DNA of 64,000 nt from an uncultured delta proteobacterium (GCA_963789395.1 CAWBKP010000014.1:96001-160000), one strand, 5' to 3'; shown: positions 11,167-22,605, counted from the stretch's first letter. A program made the numbers and translations. Notes: generated by a model from the sequence alone, not told the origin.

Positions 11167-12610
11167 AGCCCCAAAAACATGCCGTCCGCCGTCTGGAGTT
11201 GAATTCCCGATGGTACGAAGCCGTGCTGCTCATCGCTTTTTTCTTTTCCGGCGCCACCAGTCTGTCACTGGAGGTTGCCTGGTCCAAAGAGCTGACATAC
11301 CTGCTCGGCGTGGATATTTATGCCACTGCAACGGTTGTCACGGCCTTTATGGCAGGGCTCGGATTGGGCGCCCTGCTGGTAGCGCGCTCGGATCGATGGA
11401 TAGCCGCCTCCATTAAGACTTACGCAGTATTGCAATTGGTCATCGGTTTCTACGCGCTGATTTCGATTCCGCTGTTCCGGCTCACCAGCCGCTGTTTTCT
11501 TTTTTGTTCATCCGGCTGGGTTACGACAGCGCCGGATTCCTTTTGATCCGTTTTCTGGTCGTCTTCGGATTCATGCTGATTCCGGTCACGCTGATGGGTA
11601 TGACCTTGCCGGTAGTGGTAGGTGCATTCTTACAAAAAAATGCAGGGCCGGTATGCCTATCTGGCCGGAAAACTCTACGGGATCAATACGTTGGGAGCGG
11701 TTTTCGGAACGCTGGCGGCAGGCTTTTTATTGATTCCGTCCCTTGGCATCCTGAAAACATGCCTGGCCACAGGTGCTGTAGACCTGTGTATCGGTTGCGT
11801 CTTGATCTGGCGAGCCCGTTATGAAGGTGCGCCGGAAGTTTCCGTTTCAAACCCATCCAGGGGAAAGCCGGCTCAGTACCTGCCTGCTGCTGAACCGTCC
11901 ACCGAACGCCTTGTACCGTTTGCCAGAATCATTTTCCTGGCCGGCCGCTGTTTTTATGTTCTCCGGCATCAGCGCCCTTGCCTATGAAATCATCTGGTTC
12001 CGACTGCTGGCAAGAATCATCGGCCCGTCGGTCCATGCATTTTCAATTATGCTTGCAACATACCTTCTGGGTATCGCCCTGGGCAGCCTGTTGGGGACCA
12101 GCATCATAAAAAAGACCAAAGACCACCGCCTGACCATGGCCGTGCTCCTGGGGGCCATCGGGTTCGGACCATTGGGGATACTGTTTTTCGTCAATAAGCT
12201 CCCTATCTGGTACGGCATGCTGTTTATCCGGTTTACCACTTCGGAATTCACCCTTCGCAACCTGATGCTGCAAGGGGTGATGGCCTGCATCTTGATTCTT
12301 CCCGCAACCCTGGCGCTGGGGGCTTTTTTCCCCGTGGTCACAAACGCACTACAACAAAGAGCAGGGCGAGGATCAGACAAAAGGCTCGGTCGGGCTGCTG
12401 TATTTTTATAACACTATCGGCGGCGTCATCGGCAGCCTGGCAGCGGGTTTCTGGCTGGTGCCGGCGCTTGGTATCAAATCGGCCATCCTGTGTCTGAACG
12501 GAAATCCTGCCGAACTTGATCCGGAATCCGGTGCCAATTGTGGAATGCTATCTGTCAACTTTCCATCGTTTGGCGAAACTGCTTCTGGATTCCGGCTTTC
12601 GCCGGAATGA
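11163..12610 (+). pseudogene. Membrane part of a fused MFS/spermidine-synthase-like protein, frameshifted and 3'-truncated
   Basis: Fragments FSGATSLSLEVAW, LMGMTLP, LYGINTLGAVFG, SGISALAYEIIW and NTIGGVIGS lie in several frames. The last frame runs into REP-like DNA and stops at 12610 with no catalytic domain. Confidence 0.7.
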
Positions 12611-12611
12611 C
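12505..12611. repeat. REP-like palindromic doublet
   Basis: Degenerate cgaacttgatccggaatcc facing ctggattccggctttcgccggaatgac (hairpin attccggc-tttc-gccggaat). Confidence 0.65.
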
Positions 12612-12717
12612 GTTACCGGGGATAATGCGGTTGCCCCAAATCTTCCCTGTCTCCATTTTACAAATGGGCAAGGGGCTTTTCTGGGCAACCTAACCCGCGA
12701 GGTTCCGGAATAAGCAT

Positions 12718-12854
12718 AAGAGCCTCTTGCAAAACCCCTTCAAATAGCCTTCTTCCCTCATACCGGCGAAAACCGGTATCTTGTGAATTCAAATGCTCCT
12801 GGTCCCCGGTTTTCACCGGGGTGACGAACAGCGGTACTTTTGCAAGAGGCTCTT
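12718..12854. mobile_element. 137-bp MITE-like element with 17-bp terminal inverted repeats and two internal REP-like hairpins
   Basis: aagagcctcttgcaaaa (12718-12734) and ttttgcaagaggctctt (12838-12854) are perfect inverted repeats. Internal hairpins are at 12758-12780 and 12801-12825. Confidence 0.75.
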
Positions 12855-12922
12855 CATTTATAAATCTTTAGCGTAAATGATCATACCGACCAGCAGAATT
12901 TTAACGGTGGAAAACCGGGCAT

Positions 12923-12962
12923 AAAAAAAGCCGGCCGGGAAAAATTCCCGGCCGGCTTTTTA
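12923..12962. terminator. Intrinsic terminator of the porin gene (bidirectional-looking)
   Basis: aaaaaaagccggccgggaa..ttcccggccggcttttt. Confidence 0.9.
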
Positions 12963-12993
12963 TTGAGCTTTAAATTAAGCGGTTAGGCTTGAA

Positions 12994-14399
12994 TTAGAAA
13001 GCAAGAGACAGCATGGCAGCCAATTCAATCGGATTGCCGTCGCCGTTCGGATCAACAGCCTTCGTAATGCCATCGCCGGCCCACAGATAGGCGCCGACCA
13101 GATCCAGTTTCAGGTTGTCAACGATGGTATAGGTGGCAACCAGGTCAAGTTCCGTACCCAGATCTTTGCTGTCTGGGGCGATCAATGCATTGGATTTAAT
13201 CAGTACATCCTCAACATGCTGCGCCCACCATACATCCGCGGCGAACTTCAGCGTCGGAAGGAGTTTGTAGGATGCGCCAAAATTGGCAATGTACACGTTG
13301 GAGATTTTGTCGCCAGGTGCGCCGGCCGGGGTCTGGTTGTCGATTACGCCGTCACCCATGATTTCCGCCCAGTAGTAGCTGGCGCCCCAGTTGTCTTTCG
13401 AACCCGGGGTGATGAATGCGTCAATATTGCTGCTATTAGTGTCATTATGATCCTGGCCGGAAGCATAAATGAACTTGCCGTGAATATTGGCAGGCCCCAG
13501 ATTCACGCCGCCGAAAACATCAAACAACCAGCCCTTGGCATCCAGCGAATCGTGTCCATAAAGAGCCTGCGGAACGTCTATGGAACCGAACTGCATAATA
13601 CCGGTTGCGCCAAGCTCGAAGATGTCGATTTTGCCGTCATATTCCAAGCCGGCTGTCCACAGATCGACTTTGGTTGCTCCGGGCAGGAATGTTGAAGATT
13701 TCGGGCTGTTGAACATGTTCACATTTTTTGCCGTTGCCAAGGATGCGTTCTCGGAGTACAGATAGGCGACATGCGGTTTTAACGTATTGTCTTTGTTCAA
13801 AAAGATGGTGGGATAAAGGACCCAGGTAGACATGTCGTAAGTGGATGCTTGCTCGTAAGTATCGTTGCCGAAGAGCTTTTTCCCGCGTAGAGATAGCCGT
13901 AGCCGCCTTCATAGTTTTTCATGTAAATGAACGGAATGTAAATGGCGTCATTGACTTTGAAAATGAGTTTCGCACCGGAAGCATCGTCATTATAGATATA
14001 GCCTCTGGCCAGCAGGAAGTCCTGGATACCCACCGTAAAGCGCTGTTCTCCCAGTTTAAAGTCAACATAAGAGTTTTTCACCCTGAACGTGTCGGCGCCG
14101 GAGTTGTCGGCGCCCATCTGGCCATAACCGCCGTTCTGGCCCCAGGCCGCATTGACTTCAAACTTGTTGACGAACTTCAGGTTTTCACTGAATTTTGCGG
14201 TGTAATAAATCCGGGTACGGGTATCGGTAATGTTTACTGACTGTGTGTCACCCTTCCCACCAGTAGTTCCGGCAAAGTCGATGTCCGTAATAAACCGGGT
14301 TCTCCAATATCCACCGAATTCATTTTCAAATGCTGCTGCAGGCATGGTAAGGGCAAGTACCAGCAGGCCCGCGACCAATAATACGGATAATTTCTTCAT
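12994..14399 (-). CDS. Outer-membrane beta-barrel porin (deltaproteobacterial type), split by a frameshift near 13840-13880
   Basis: Signal peptide MKKLSVLLVAGLLVLALTMPAAA, then FGGYWRTR, DTRTRIYYTAKFS, DLGTELDL and terminal Phe (LSLAF); strong RBS. Confidence 0.85.
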
Positions 14400-14857
14400 T
14401 CTGAGTCCCTCCTCAAATAATTTCAATTAAATAGATAACCAACCTAATAATCAATCAAATCAAAGCACTAACTGAAAATACCACCTCCTTTCTCATTTTT
14501 CCTATCTTTTTCGCTTTTTTCTATTACAGATAATTTCCCTTAAATCAAGCAAATTCTTAAAATATTATAAATATTTTTTTCCATTTAATCGCCTTGTCAT
14601 AGCGATGTCCCTGTCACAAATACCACATGATGTATAATCAACACCATGACTACAACAGAGCGTATTTTTTCACCTGATAAAAAATATCCCCCGCCGCTAT
14701 TGAAATCCGCGAACAAATTTCTTTATAAATTTTTCAAAGTTCTATACAGTATCTTTCACTATATTTCAAATTGATTTTTTATCGAGCTTCTTTGCGACTG
14801 CCACCGGGAAGTGTGTCGATGATGAACTTTAATATTATTATGGAGAGTTGAGTTATT

Positions 14858-16492
14858 TTGCGTTCAATTACATTGTCTTTGGGTACAGCCCTGATCCTTT
14901 TTTTATCAGTATTGTCTTCCGCCGCCGCATCCGGCGCATCCCGCATACTGGTGCTGCCGTTTGATATCCAGTCCGACAGCGATCTGTCTTTTCTTCAAAA
15001 AGGCATTTCCCAGATGCTGGCATCCCGCCTGGCTTCGGATGGATCCATTGAAGTCGTCAACTTGGACGGCCCTGCAACTGCAACCCCATCCAAATCCGTC
15101 GACGAAGCAGCGGCGGTATCCGCAGGCGAGAAACTGAAGACCGATTACGTAGCTTACGGCACTGTAACGGTTTCAATTGACTCCGTTCAAACCGATGCCT
15201 GGTTGGTGCGGACCGCCGATGAAGCCCCCCTTGTGGTGTTCAGCCAGACCGGGAAAAACCAGGGGGATGTCCTGCAGCAGGTCAAATCATTTGCAGCTGA
15301 AATACTGGCTGCTTTGGGATCGAAGACGTCTGTTTTGACCCAGCCCAAACCTGAAATTCAGCAGCAGGCGGTTGTGGATGAGAGCCGCCGCCATCCCGAG
15401 TCCCTGTGGACCGGAGCACTGTCCGCCAGCGGTACGCCGATACGGATGATGGCCTCTGATGGAAAAACCGAGGCTGATGTCTGGAAAAGCACCAAATTCC
15501 AGGCAGAAATCAAAAGCCTTGCCATCGGCCATGTTCTCGGAGACAATCAAAACCAGCTGGTCATCATTAACGACGATTCCGTATCGCTGTACCGCTATGT
15601 CTCCGGAAAACTGGAGCTGATAGACGAGTCCGCCGGCGAGACGGATTATACCCCTATCCGCGTGGATGTGGCCGATATCAACCACAACGGCAAGGCCGAG
15701 ATCTTTGTCACCTGTCTGTATCATGACAAGACGCTGTTAAGTTCCTATGTCCTGGAATGGGACGGGGCCAAGCTGGCAAAAATTGTCCAGGGCGCCGGCT
15801 GGTATTACAAAGTAATGGCGATTCCAGGAAAAGAACCCGTCCTTCTGGGACAGCAGCGGGGAATGAACGAGCTTTTTATGACAGGCATTTCCCTGTTGAC
15901 CTGGCAGAACGGGGATTACCGCGAATCTTCCCTGGCGGATGTCCCCCGCGGACTGCCGATCTATGCATTTTCTTCCGGAAATGCCATGAATGACGGCAAG
16001 GAGATGACGGTTTCTCTGACATCCGATCTTCGCCTGCGCGTTTTCGATCAAACCGGGGATATGGAATGGACCAGCTCGGAACGGTTTACCGGCGGCGGGG
16101 TCTATATGCCGAAGCTTACAGGCGATAACGAATCACCGGATGCCGCCAAGCGGCTGCGGCGCTATTATCTGCCGCAGCGCATCGTTGTTTCCGATATTGA
16201 CAAAGATGGAAAAAATGAAGTGATTCTGCTGAACAATTATGATTATACGCGGAATTTGCTGCCCAATCTCCGGCTTTTTAAAAGCGGGCATGTCGAATGC
16301 CTGCAGTGGGAGGAATTGTCATTTGGGATAAAATGGAAAACCACGGAAGTTTCCGGCCAGATCAGCGATATGGTTGTGGGAGATCTGAATAATGACGGGG
16401 TGGATGAAATCGTGTATTCCGTTGTGGAACGTCCCGGCTTTACCTTTTACAGCGCCCGCAGTTACCTGGTTTCCTGGCAGGTTGGGAAATGA
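14858..16492 (+). CDS. Exported protein with TolB-N/CsgG-like N-domain and FG-GAP/VCBS repeats
   Basis: Signal peptide, ILVLPF..MLASRL, and repeats DINHNGKAEI, DIDKDGKNEV and DLNNDGVDEI. Confidence 0.8.
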   Translation: MRSITLSLGTALILFLSVLSSAAASGASRILVLPFDIQSDSDLSFLQKGISQMLASRLASDGSIEVVNLDGPATATPSKSVDEAAAVSAGEKLKTDYVAYGTVTVSIDSVQTDAWLVRTADEAPLVVFSQTGKNQGDVLQQVKSFAAEILAALGSKTSVLTQPKPEIQQQAVVDESRRHPESLWTGALSASGTPIRMMASDGKTEADVWKSTKFQAEIKSLAIGHVLGDNQNQLVIINDDSVSLYRYVSGKLELIDESAGETDYTPIRVDVADINHNGKAEIFVTCLYHDKTLLSSYVLEWDGAKLAKIVQGAGWYYKVMAIPGKEPVLLGQQRGMNELFMTGISLLTWQNGDYRESSLADVPRGLPIYAFSSGNAMNDGKEMTVSLTSDLRLRVFDQTGDMEWTSSERFTGGGVYMPKLTGDNESPDAAKRLRRYYLPQRIVVSDIDKDGKNEVILLNNYDYTRNLLPNLRLFKSGHVECLQWEELSFGIKWKTTEVSGQISDMVVGDLNNDGVDEIVYSVVERPGFTFYSARSYLVSWQVGK

Positions 16493-16493
16493 C

Positions 16494-16534
16494 GTGATAC
16501 ACAAGCAGGGAGCATTTGCCTGCTTGTGTATCAC
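16494..16534. terminator. 16-bp stem-loop after the FG-GAP gene
   Basis: gtgatacacaagcagg / cctgcttgtgtatcac. Confidence 0.6.
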
Positions 16535-16652
16535 CGGGAATTCGCCCCAGTTCGGTATTCATTGACAGATTTCAGGAATTTTGGTACATATGCCCTAATA
16601 TTAATTATGTTCCGGCAGGATTTTCGGTTTTTCGGGACATGCACAGGGCGCC

Positions 16653-17327
16653 ATGATGAATAAGTTTTCGCTACCGGAATCTCCCAGCCGTTTTGCTTTT
16701 CCTGTCGCAAGCGCGGGGTATCCCCTGATTTTTGCCGCCGCATTCGCAACGGGCGTGCTGGCCCTGCTTCAATTGCGGGCTCCGGCGCTTATAGGGCTTG
16801 CTGTTACTTTTTTTATTGCGTTTTTTTTCCGGGATCCGGACCGGGTTGTCCCGATTTCCGATGGCGCCATCATCTCCCCAGCGGACGGCAGGGTGGTCAT
16901 CGCCGGAAAAGCGGAACACACCCCTTTTTATGATGGCCCCTGCCAGAAGGTCAGCATCTTCATGTCGGTGTTTAATGTCCATGTCAATCGCATTCCGCAT
17001 GAGGGTCAGATTGAAAAAATTGCGTATCACCCGGGCAAATTTGTAAACGCCAGCCTCGACAAGGCCTCCGAAGGTAACGAACGAAACGCGGTTTTCATGA
17101 TTACGGACCGGGGCCAGCGGTTCTGTGTGGTTCAGATTGCCGGGCTGATCGCCAGGCGGATCATCTGCCATATTCAGGCAGGAGAAACCATCCACCGGGG
17201 ACGGCGTTTCGGTTTGATCTGCTTTGGATCGCGGCTGGATGTCTATCTTCCGCCGGAGGCTTCGCTCACTGTAGCCGTGGGAGACAGGGTCAAGGCCGGA
17301 ACGTCGATCATTGGATATTTCAACTGA
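16653..17327 (+). CDS. psd: Phosphatidylserine decarboxylase proenzyme
   Basis: FFRDPDR, SPADGRV, IFMSVFNVHVNR and the FGSR self-cleavage site. Confidence 0.95.
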   Translation: MMNKFSLPESPSRFAFPVASAGYPLIFAAAFATGVLALLQLRAPALIGLAVTFFIAFFFRDPDRVVPISDGAIISPADGRVVIAGKAEHTPFYDGPCQKVSIFMSVFNVHVNRIPHEGQIEKIAYHPGKFVNASLDKASEGNERNAVFMITDRGQRFCVVQIAGLIARRIICHIQAGETIHRGRRFGLICFGSRLDVYLPPEASLTVAVGDRVKAGTSIIGYFN

Positions 17328-17355
17328 TTTTTTTGCAAGATATTGCCGTATTATT

Positions 17356-17402
17356 CATGATCCTTGACGAAGCGGGCAGCTTCATCAAGGATCATGTTTT
17401 TT
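17356..17402 (+). terminator. Intrinsic terminator after psd
   Basis: catgatccttga..tcaaggatcatg followed by a T-tract. Confidence 0.75.
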
Positions 17403-17434
17403 GATTCAGAACGATGAAAACAAATACAGAGGGA

Positions 17435-18463
17435 ATGACCATGTCCAACAAACAATTCCATGTTGCAGTGGCCGGAGCAACCGGGGCTGTCGGAAATCAA
17501 ATGATCGCCTGCCTGGAAGAACGGAATTTTCCGATCAAGTCCATCAAATTCCTGGCGTCTGTTCGATCGGCCGGAAAAAAACTGAGCTTCAGGGGCGAGC
17601 CGGTGGTTGTCGAGGAGATGACGGATACATCCTTCAACGGCATGGATATCGCGCTGTTTTCAGCCGGCGGGAGCACCAGCGAGAAGTTTGCGCCGGTTGC
17701 AGCCGGTTCCGGATGTGTCGTCATCGACAATTCCAGCGCCTGGCGAATGGACCCCCGGGTGCCGCTGGTGGTTCCGGAAGTCAACAGCCATGCCATTGCC
17801 GGCTATACGCAAAAAGGCATCATCGCCAACCCCAACTGCTCGACGATTCAGATGGTGGTGGCCTTGAATCCCATTCATCGGAAATACGGCATCAAGCGCA
17901 TTGTCGTATCCACCTATCAGGCGGTTTCCGGCACCGGCCAGAAAGCCATCGTCGAACTGGATGACCAGGTCCGGGCGATCATGGATTCCCGGCCGGTCGA
18001 AAACAACGTCTATCCGCATCGCATCGCGTTCAACTGCCTTCCCCATATCGATGTGTTTCTGGATAACGGATATACCAAGGAAGAGATGAAAATGGTCCAT
18101 GAAACCCGGAAAATCATGGAAGACGACACCATCGGGGTGACGGCGACCACGGTTCGGGTTCCGGTTTTTTACAGCCATTCCGAATCCATCAACATTGAAA
18201 CGCGTCTGCCCATCACCCCGGATGCGGTCCGGGAACTGCTGCGCAGCGCGCCCGGAGTCAAGGTTGTGGATGATCCCCAAGCCCGTGTCTACCCCATGCC
18301 CATCGATGCCGCCGGCCAGGATTTAACCTATGTGGGCAGAATCCGCAAAGATGAATCGCTTCCCAATGCCATTAACCTGTGGGTTGTTGCCGATAACATT
18401 CGAAAAGGGGCGGCAACCAACGCTGTTCAAATTGCCGAGATTCTGGCAGAAACCTATCTGTGA
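17435..18463 (+). CDS. asd: Aspartate-semialdehyde dehydrogenase
   Basis: GATGAVG, DNSSAWRM, ANPNCSTIQ and DNIRKGAATNAVQIAE. The start could be 17414, 17435 or 17441. Confidence 0.97.
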   Translation: MTMSNKQFHVAVAGATGAVGNQMIACLEERNFPIKSIKFLASVRSAGKKLSFRGEPVVVEEMTDTSFNGMDIALFSAGGSTSEKFAPVAAGSGCVVIDNSSAWRMDPRVPLVVPEVNSHAIAGYTQKGIIANPNCSTIQMVVALNPIHRKYGIKRIVVSTYQAVSGTGQKAIVELDDQVRAIMDSRPVENNVYPHRIAFNCLPHIDVFLDNGYTKEEMKMVHETRKIMEDDTIGVTATTVRVPVFYSHSESINIETRLPITPDAVRELLRSAPGVKVVDDPQARVYPMPIDAAGQDLTYVGRIRKDESLPNAINLWVVADNIRKGAATNAVQIAEILAETYL

Positions 18464-18541
18464 TGACGGCCGGCCAAGTCGACCGCTACCCGGTTCACGC
18501 AGCTGCATTTACGAATAATCTTTATTTTCAGGAGCAATAAG

Positions 18542-19009
18542 TTGGATCGAATACCCATGACAAAAGAGGGCCACGTGGCCCTGAAAGCTGAGCTGGAACA
18601 TCTGAAAAAAGTCGAGAGGCCCCTGAACATCAAGGCCATCGAAGAAGCACGGGCCCACGGAGATTTGTCGGAAAATGCAGAGTTTGAAGCTGCCAAGGAT
18701 CGGCAGAGTTTTCTTGAAGGCCGAATTCGTGAGCTGGGATACAAGCTGTCAAATGCGGACATCATCGATCCCAGCAAGCTTCCCAAAGACCGGGCCGCCT
18801 TTGGCTGCCGGGTGCTTCTGGAAAATGTCGACACCGGAGAAACCGTTCAATACCAGCTGGTCGGCCCCGAAGAATCGAATATTGAAGAAGGCCGTATTTC
18901 TATCACCTCCCCGCTGGGGCAGGCCATTATCGGAAAAAAACCTTCCGATGAGCTGGTCCTGACAGCCCCGGGCGGCAAGCGCTGTTATGAACTGGTTGAA
19001 ATACTGTAA
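18542..19009 (+). CDS. greA: Transcription elongation factor GreA
   Basis: ARAHGDLSENAEF and ISITSPLGQA. Confidence 0.96.
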   Translation: MDRIPMTKEGHVALKAELEHLKKVERPLNIKAIEEARAHGDLSENAEFEAAKDRQSFLEGRIRELGYKLSNADIIDPSKLPKDRAAFGCRVLLENVDTGETVQYQLVGPEESNIEEGRISITSPLGQAIIGKKPSDELVLTAPGGKRCYELVEIL

Positions 19010-19039
19010 TATCATTGAAAAGAGAATGGAGGTGTTTTT

Positions 19040-19246
19040 GTGGCAAGAATTACAATCGATGACTGTCTGAAACGGGTACCCAACCGATTCCTTCTGGCAA
19101 ACATGGTTGCCAGAAGGGTCCGTCAGATCCGCGAGGGTTCCGAGTATCTGGTCAGTTCACCCAAGAATGAAGACATTGTCATTTCTTTAAGAGAAGTTGC
19201 AGCCGGAAGAATCAAGCTGATGTCAGAAAACACCGACGGAGATTAG
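19040..19246 (+). CDS. rpoZ: RNA polymerase subunit omega
   Basis: MARITIDDCL..NRFLL..RVRQI..SLREVA. Confidence 0.95.
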   Translation: MARITIDDCLKRVPNRFLLANMVARRVRQIREGSEYLVSSPKNEDIVISLREVAAGRIKLMSENTDGD

Positions 19247-19263
19247 CGCCCATCAAGGACTCC

Positions 19264-20067
19264 GTGCTATTCAGGTCTGTGAACAGAGGGGTCGGGAAAG
19301 CCATTCATGATTACGACATGATCTCTCATGGCGACCGGATCGCCGTGGGCCTCTCCGGCGGACAGGACAGCCTGACCCTTCTGTGGTTTTTGCGGGAACG
19401 GCTTCATCGCATTCGCGTGCATTATGACATCGTTCCCATATATATTGATCCGGGATTTGAAAACGGATTCGGCGCGCAGTTGAAGGCGTATTGCCGCCAG
19501 TGGGGATTTGCGCTTCGGGTGGAGGAAACCCAGCATGGCATCCTGGCGCACAGCACGGAAAATCGGGAGAATCCCTGTTTTCTGTGTTCGCACCTGAGGC
19601 GAAAACGCCTGTTTGAAATCGCGGATGAACAGGGTTGCCAAAAACTGGCTCTGGGGCACAACAAGGATGACCTCATAGAAACCCTGTTCTTAAATATCTG
19701 CTACGCCGGCGAAATCTGCACCATGGTGCCGTCCCAGCGTTTTTTTCAGGGAAAGTTTACCGTAATCCGGCCACTGGCATTTGTGGATGAGACGATCATC
19801 CGGAAATTCGCCAGTGAACACCGATTTCCTGTTTTTGACAACCCTTGCCCGACATCCGGAACATCCAAGCGCAAAGAGATCAAGGAAATGCTTGGCCGGC
19901 TTTATGAGGGCAACGCCAATGTCAAAGGAAATATATTCAGGGCATTAAGCCATGTGAGAACGGACTATCTGCTGAAAGACCACTCGAAACGCCGCAAGCG
20001 ATCAGGAAACCGACATGAATCTACTCAGACACGGGAATCCGGACATGAACCCCCATCCGCCCTGTAG
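19264..20067 (+). CDS. ttcA: tRNA 2-thiocytidine biosynthesis protein (TtcA family)
   Basis: PP-loop SGGQDS, PCFLCS, GHNKDD, IRPLA and CP motifs. Confidence 0.88.
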   Translation: MLFRSVNRGVGKAIHDYDMISHGDRIAVGLSGGQDSLTLLWFLRERLHRIRVHYDIVPIYIDPGFENGFGAQLKAYCRQWGFALRVEETQHGILAHSTENRENPCFLCSHLRRKRLFEIADEQGCQKLALGHNKDDLIETLFLNICYAGEICTMVPSQRFFQGKFTVIRPLAFVDETIIRKFASEHRFPVFDNPCPTSGTSKRKEIKEMLGRLYEGNANVKGNIFRALSHVRTDYLLKDHSKRRKRSGNRHESTQTRESGHEPPSAL

Positions 20068-20074
20068 CAACGCC

Positions 20075-20890
20075 ATGAAAGACGTCCAGAATCAGCGGGA
20101 CGACCGCAACATTCCCATCGACAAGGTGGGAATAAAGAATATCCGCTACCCCATCACGGTTCTGGACCGCAGAAACAGCCGCCAGCATACCGTAGCTTCC
20201 ATCAACATGTATGTGGATCTGCCCCACAAATACAAGGGCACCCACATGAGCCGTTTTGTCGAGCTGCTTCACCTGTTCCGGCCGGAAATCTCCCTCAAGC
20301 GCATCTCCGAGGTGCTGGACCGGATGAAAAAGCACCTCAATGCCGCATCAGCCCACATCGAAGTGTCCTTTCCGTATTTTATCGAGAAAAAGGCCCCGGT
20401 CAGCGGTGCACCCGGCCTGATGGACTACACCTGCAGGATTCTGGGCTCCAGCGATCCTTCCGGAAGCCTCGATCTGGTTTCCGAGGTGATCGTTCCGATT
20501 TCATCGGTCTGCCCCTGTTCCAAGGAAATCAGCGAAGTGGGCGCCCACAACCAGCGGGGCGAGGTCCGGCTGAGCACCCGGTTCAAGAAATTCATCTGGA
20601 TGGAAGACATGATCGAGCTGGTTGAAACCTGCTCATCCTGCGAAGTCTACTCTATCCTGAAACGGGTGGATGAAAAATTCGTCACGGAAAAAGGCTTTAC
20701 CAATCCCAAATTTGTCGAAGACATCGTCAGGGACGTCGCCAAAAAGCTGTATGCTGACAACAACATCACCTGGTTTTCCGTCAGTGCGGAAAATTTTGAA
20801 TCCATTCACAATCACAGCGCCTATGCGCATATCACCAGCGGACCGATTCACACGGATACCTGCCAGGAAGTTAAAAAGCAGAAAACCTGA
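20075..20890 (+). CDS. folE2: GTP cyclohydrolase IB
   Basis: KGTHMSRF, CPCSKEIS..GAHNQRG, NPKFVED and ESIHNHSA. Confidence 0.95.
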   Translation: MKDVQNQRDDRNIPIDKVGIKNIRYPITVLDRRNSRQHTVASINMYVDLPHKYKGTHMSRFVELLHLFRPEISLKRISEVLDRMKKHLNAASAHIEVSFPYFIEKKAPVSGAPGLMDYTCRILGSSDPSGSLDLVSEVIVPISSVCPCSKEISEVGAHNQRGEVRLSTRFKKFIWMEDMIELVETCSSCEVYSILKRVDEKFVTEKGFTNPKFVEDIVRDVAKKLYADNNITWFSVSAENFESIHNHSAYAHITSGPIHTDTCQEVKKQKT

Positions 20891-20941
20891 AAAAAACCGA
20901 TTCCCGTTGGCCGCCAGAATGCTCAAGCTTGCACTGCCCCT

Positions 20942-22163
20942 TTAAGATCCGGCAAGCCCCCGGATGATTTCCATCACCGGATCAGCGGTTTTGCCGGGGG
21001 TATTGATCAAGACCACGAACCGGTAACTTCCCCTGGCTGCCTGTTTCGATATATCCCGCCCGCGTGCGAATTCCGTTCAGCGTTCCGGTCTTATACAGCT
21101 CGTTTCCCTGCCTTCGCATCATCTGACGGTACGGATAAAACCTTACCAGCAGCCGATCCATTTGCATCGCGGAAAGTCTGTTCTCCCGTGATATCCCCGA
21201 TCCTTCAGCCAGCTGAAGGGTTTCGATCTGCATCTCCTGCCGCAGAAAATCCTGCGCCGCCCGAATACCTTTATCGATTGTGCCGGGCAGCCCGTACGCC
21301 TGGATACCGGCGGCAATAAACAGTTGGTTGGCGATAAAATTATTGGAAAATTCCATGAGTCTGGATATCACATCGGTCAGCACATAGGGGGATGCAAACC
21401 GGACCAGAAGCCGATCCCCGTCTTCAACCCTACCGATTCGAACCTGCCCGGCCGATGACATCCCCTGCTGCGACAAAAAGCCGGCAACCAGATGCCCGGC
21501 ATACAGCGCACTTTCTCCCTGGGAATGTGAAAACACGATCCTTCCGGAGGTCGTTCCCGAAGCGCGGATGCGGGATAAGGCAAACGGCACCAGCGGGGTT
21601 TGGGGCTCCGCGCTGAGGTATTTGCCGCCGGAAGTTTTCTGAAAGCTGATGGTGTTGAAATTGGCACAGAATGCGCCATTTGGTGCATCGTAAGGCTCAG
21701 TGGTCTCAGTGACTCCGGGAATTATCAGCGGCTGCTGAAATGCCGAATCATCCAGCACCAGGTCCTTGTATTGGTGAATCCGTGTTTGAATCCGTCTTGC
21801 AAAATCCGGCATCACATCCGACAGGAACAAGGGGTCGCCGAACCCCTTGATCTTCAGATTATTCTCCTTATCCGCATAGCATTCGGTCACAAACCGATAG
21901 TCCCCGCCAAGATAGTGAAGCGCCACCAGGGCGGTCAGGATTTTGAGGGTCGATGCCGGAACCAGCGGTTTTTCGGCATTTCTGGATGCCAGAATCTTTC
22001 CCTGAGGATCGGTCAGCAGCACCGCGTCCTTTTCCTGAATCAGGGAAAGCATCCGCGATACGGCCTGGGCCTGATCCGCAAGGGCCGTCGATACCGCATT
22101 TCCCAAAATGCAAAGAAGCACAACCCCGGTCACCAGATATTTGTTGAAGGTCGTTTTTTTCAT
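20942..22163 (-). CDS. dacB: D-Ala-D-Ala carboxypeptidase/endopeptidase (peptidase S13), with a C-terminal frameshift near 21030
   Basis: PASTLK, SNN, EGSGISR and KTGTL. The tail YRFVVLIN..LAGS* is in a shifted frame ending at 20942. Confidence 0.88.
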
Positions 22164-22164
22164 G

Positions 22165-22605
22165 TCATTTACTGTCCAGAATCAAGGTAACAGGTCCGTC
22201 ATTGATCAGCGCAACATCCATCATGGCGCGAAATCGGCCGGTTTTCACGGCAACGCCTTTTTCCCGGACCTTTTCGACAAACGCTTCGTAGAGGTTCTCG
22301 GCCTTTTCCGGTCCTGCAGCCTGCACATAAGAAGGGCGCCTGCCCTTGCGGCAGTCCCCCAGCAGCGTAAACTGCGATACCACGAGCATCTCGCCCCGGG
22401 TTTCCAGCAGCGACCGGTTCATTTTTCCGGCTTCATCCTCAAAAATCCGCAAATGCGCAATCTTCTCCGAAAGAAACGCCGCATCCGTAGAATCATCCGA
22501 TTCGGACACACCCAGCAGCACCAGCACACCCGGACCGATCCGGCTGATTATCTGGTGATTGACCGTTACCGAACTTTCCTTGACCCGCTGAACCACTGCA
22601 CGCAT
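22165..22605 (-). CDS. dtd: D-aminoacyl-tRNA deacylase
   Basis: [13 protein letters not shown] and NDGPVT. Confidence 0.96.
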   Translation of the reverse strand: MRAVVQRVKESSVTVNHQIISRIGPGVLVLLGVSESDDSTDAAFLSEKIAHLRIFEDEAGKMNRSLLETRGEMLVVSQFTLLGDCRKGRRPSYVQAAGPEKAENLYEAFVEKVREKGVAVKTGRFRAMMDVALINDGPVTLILDSK

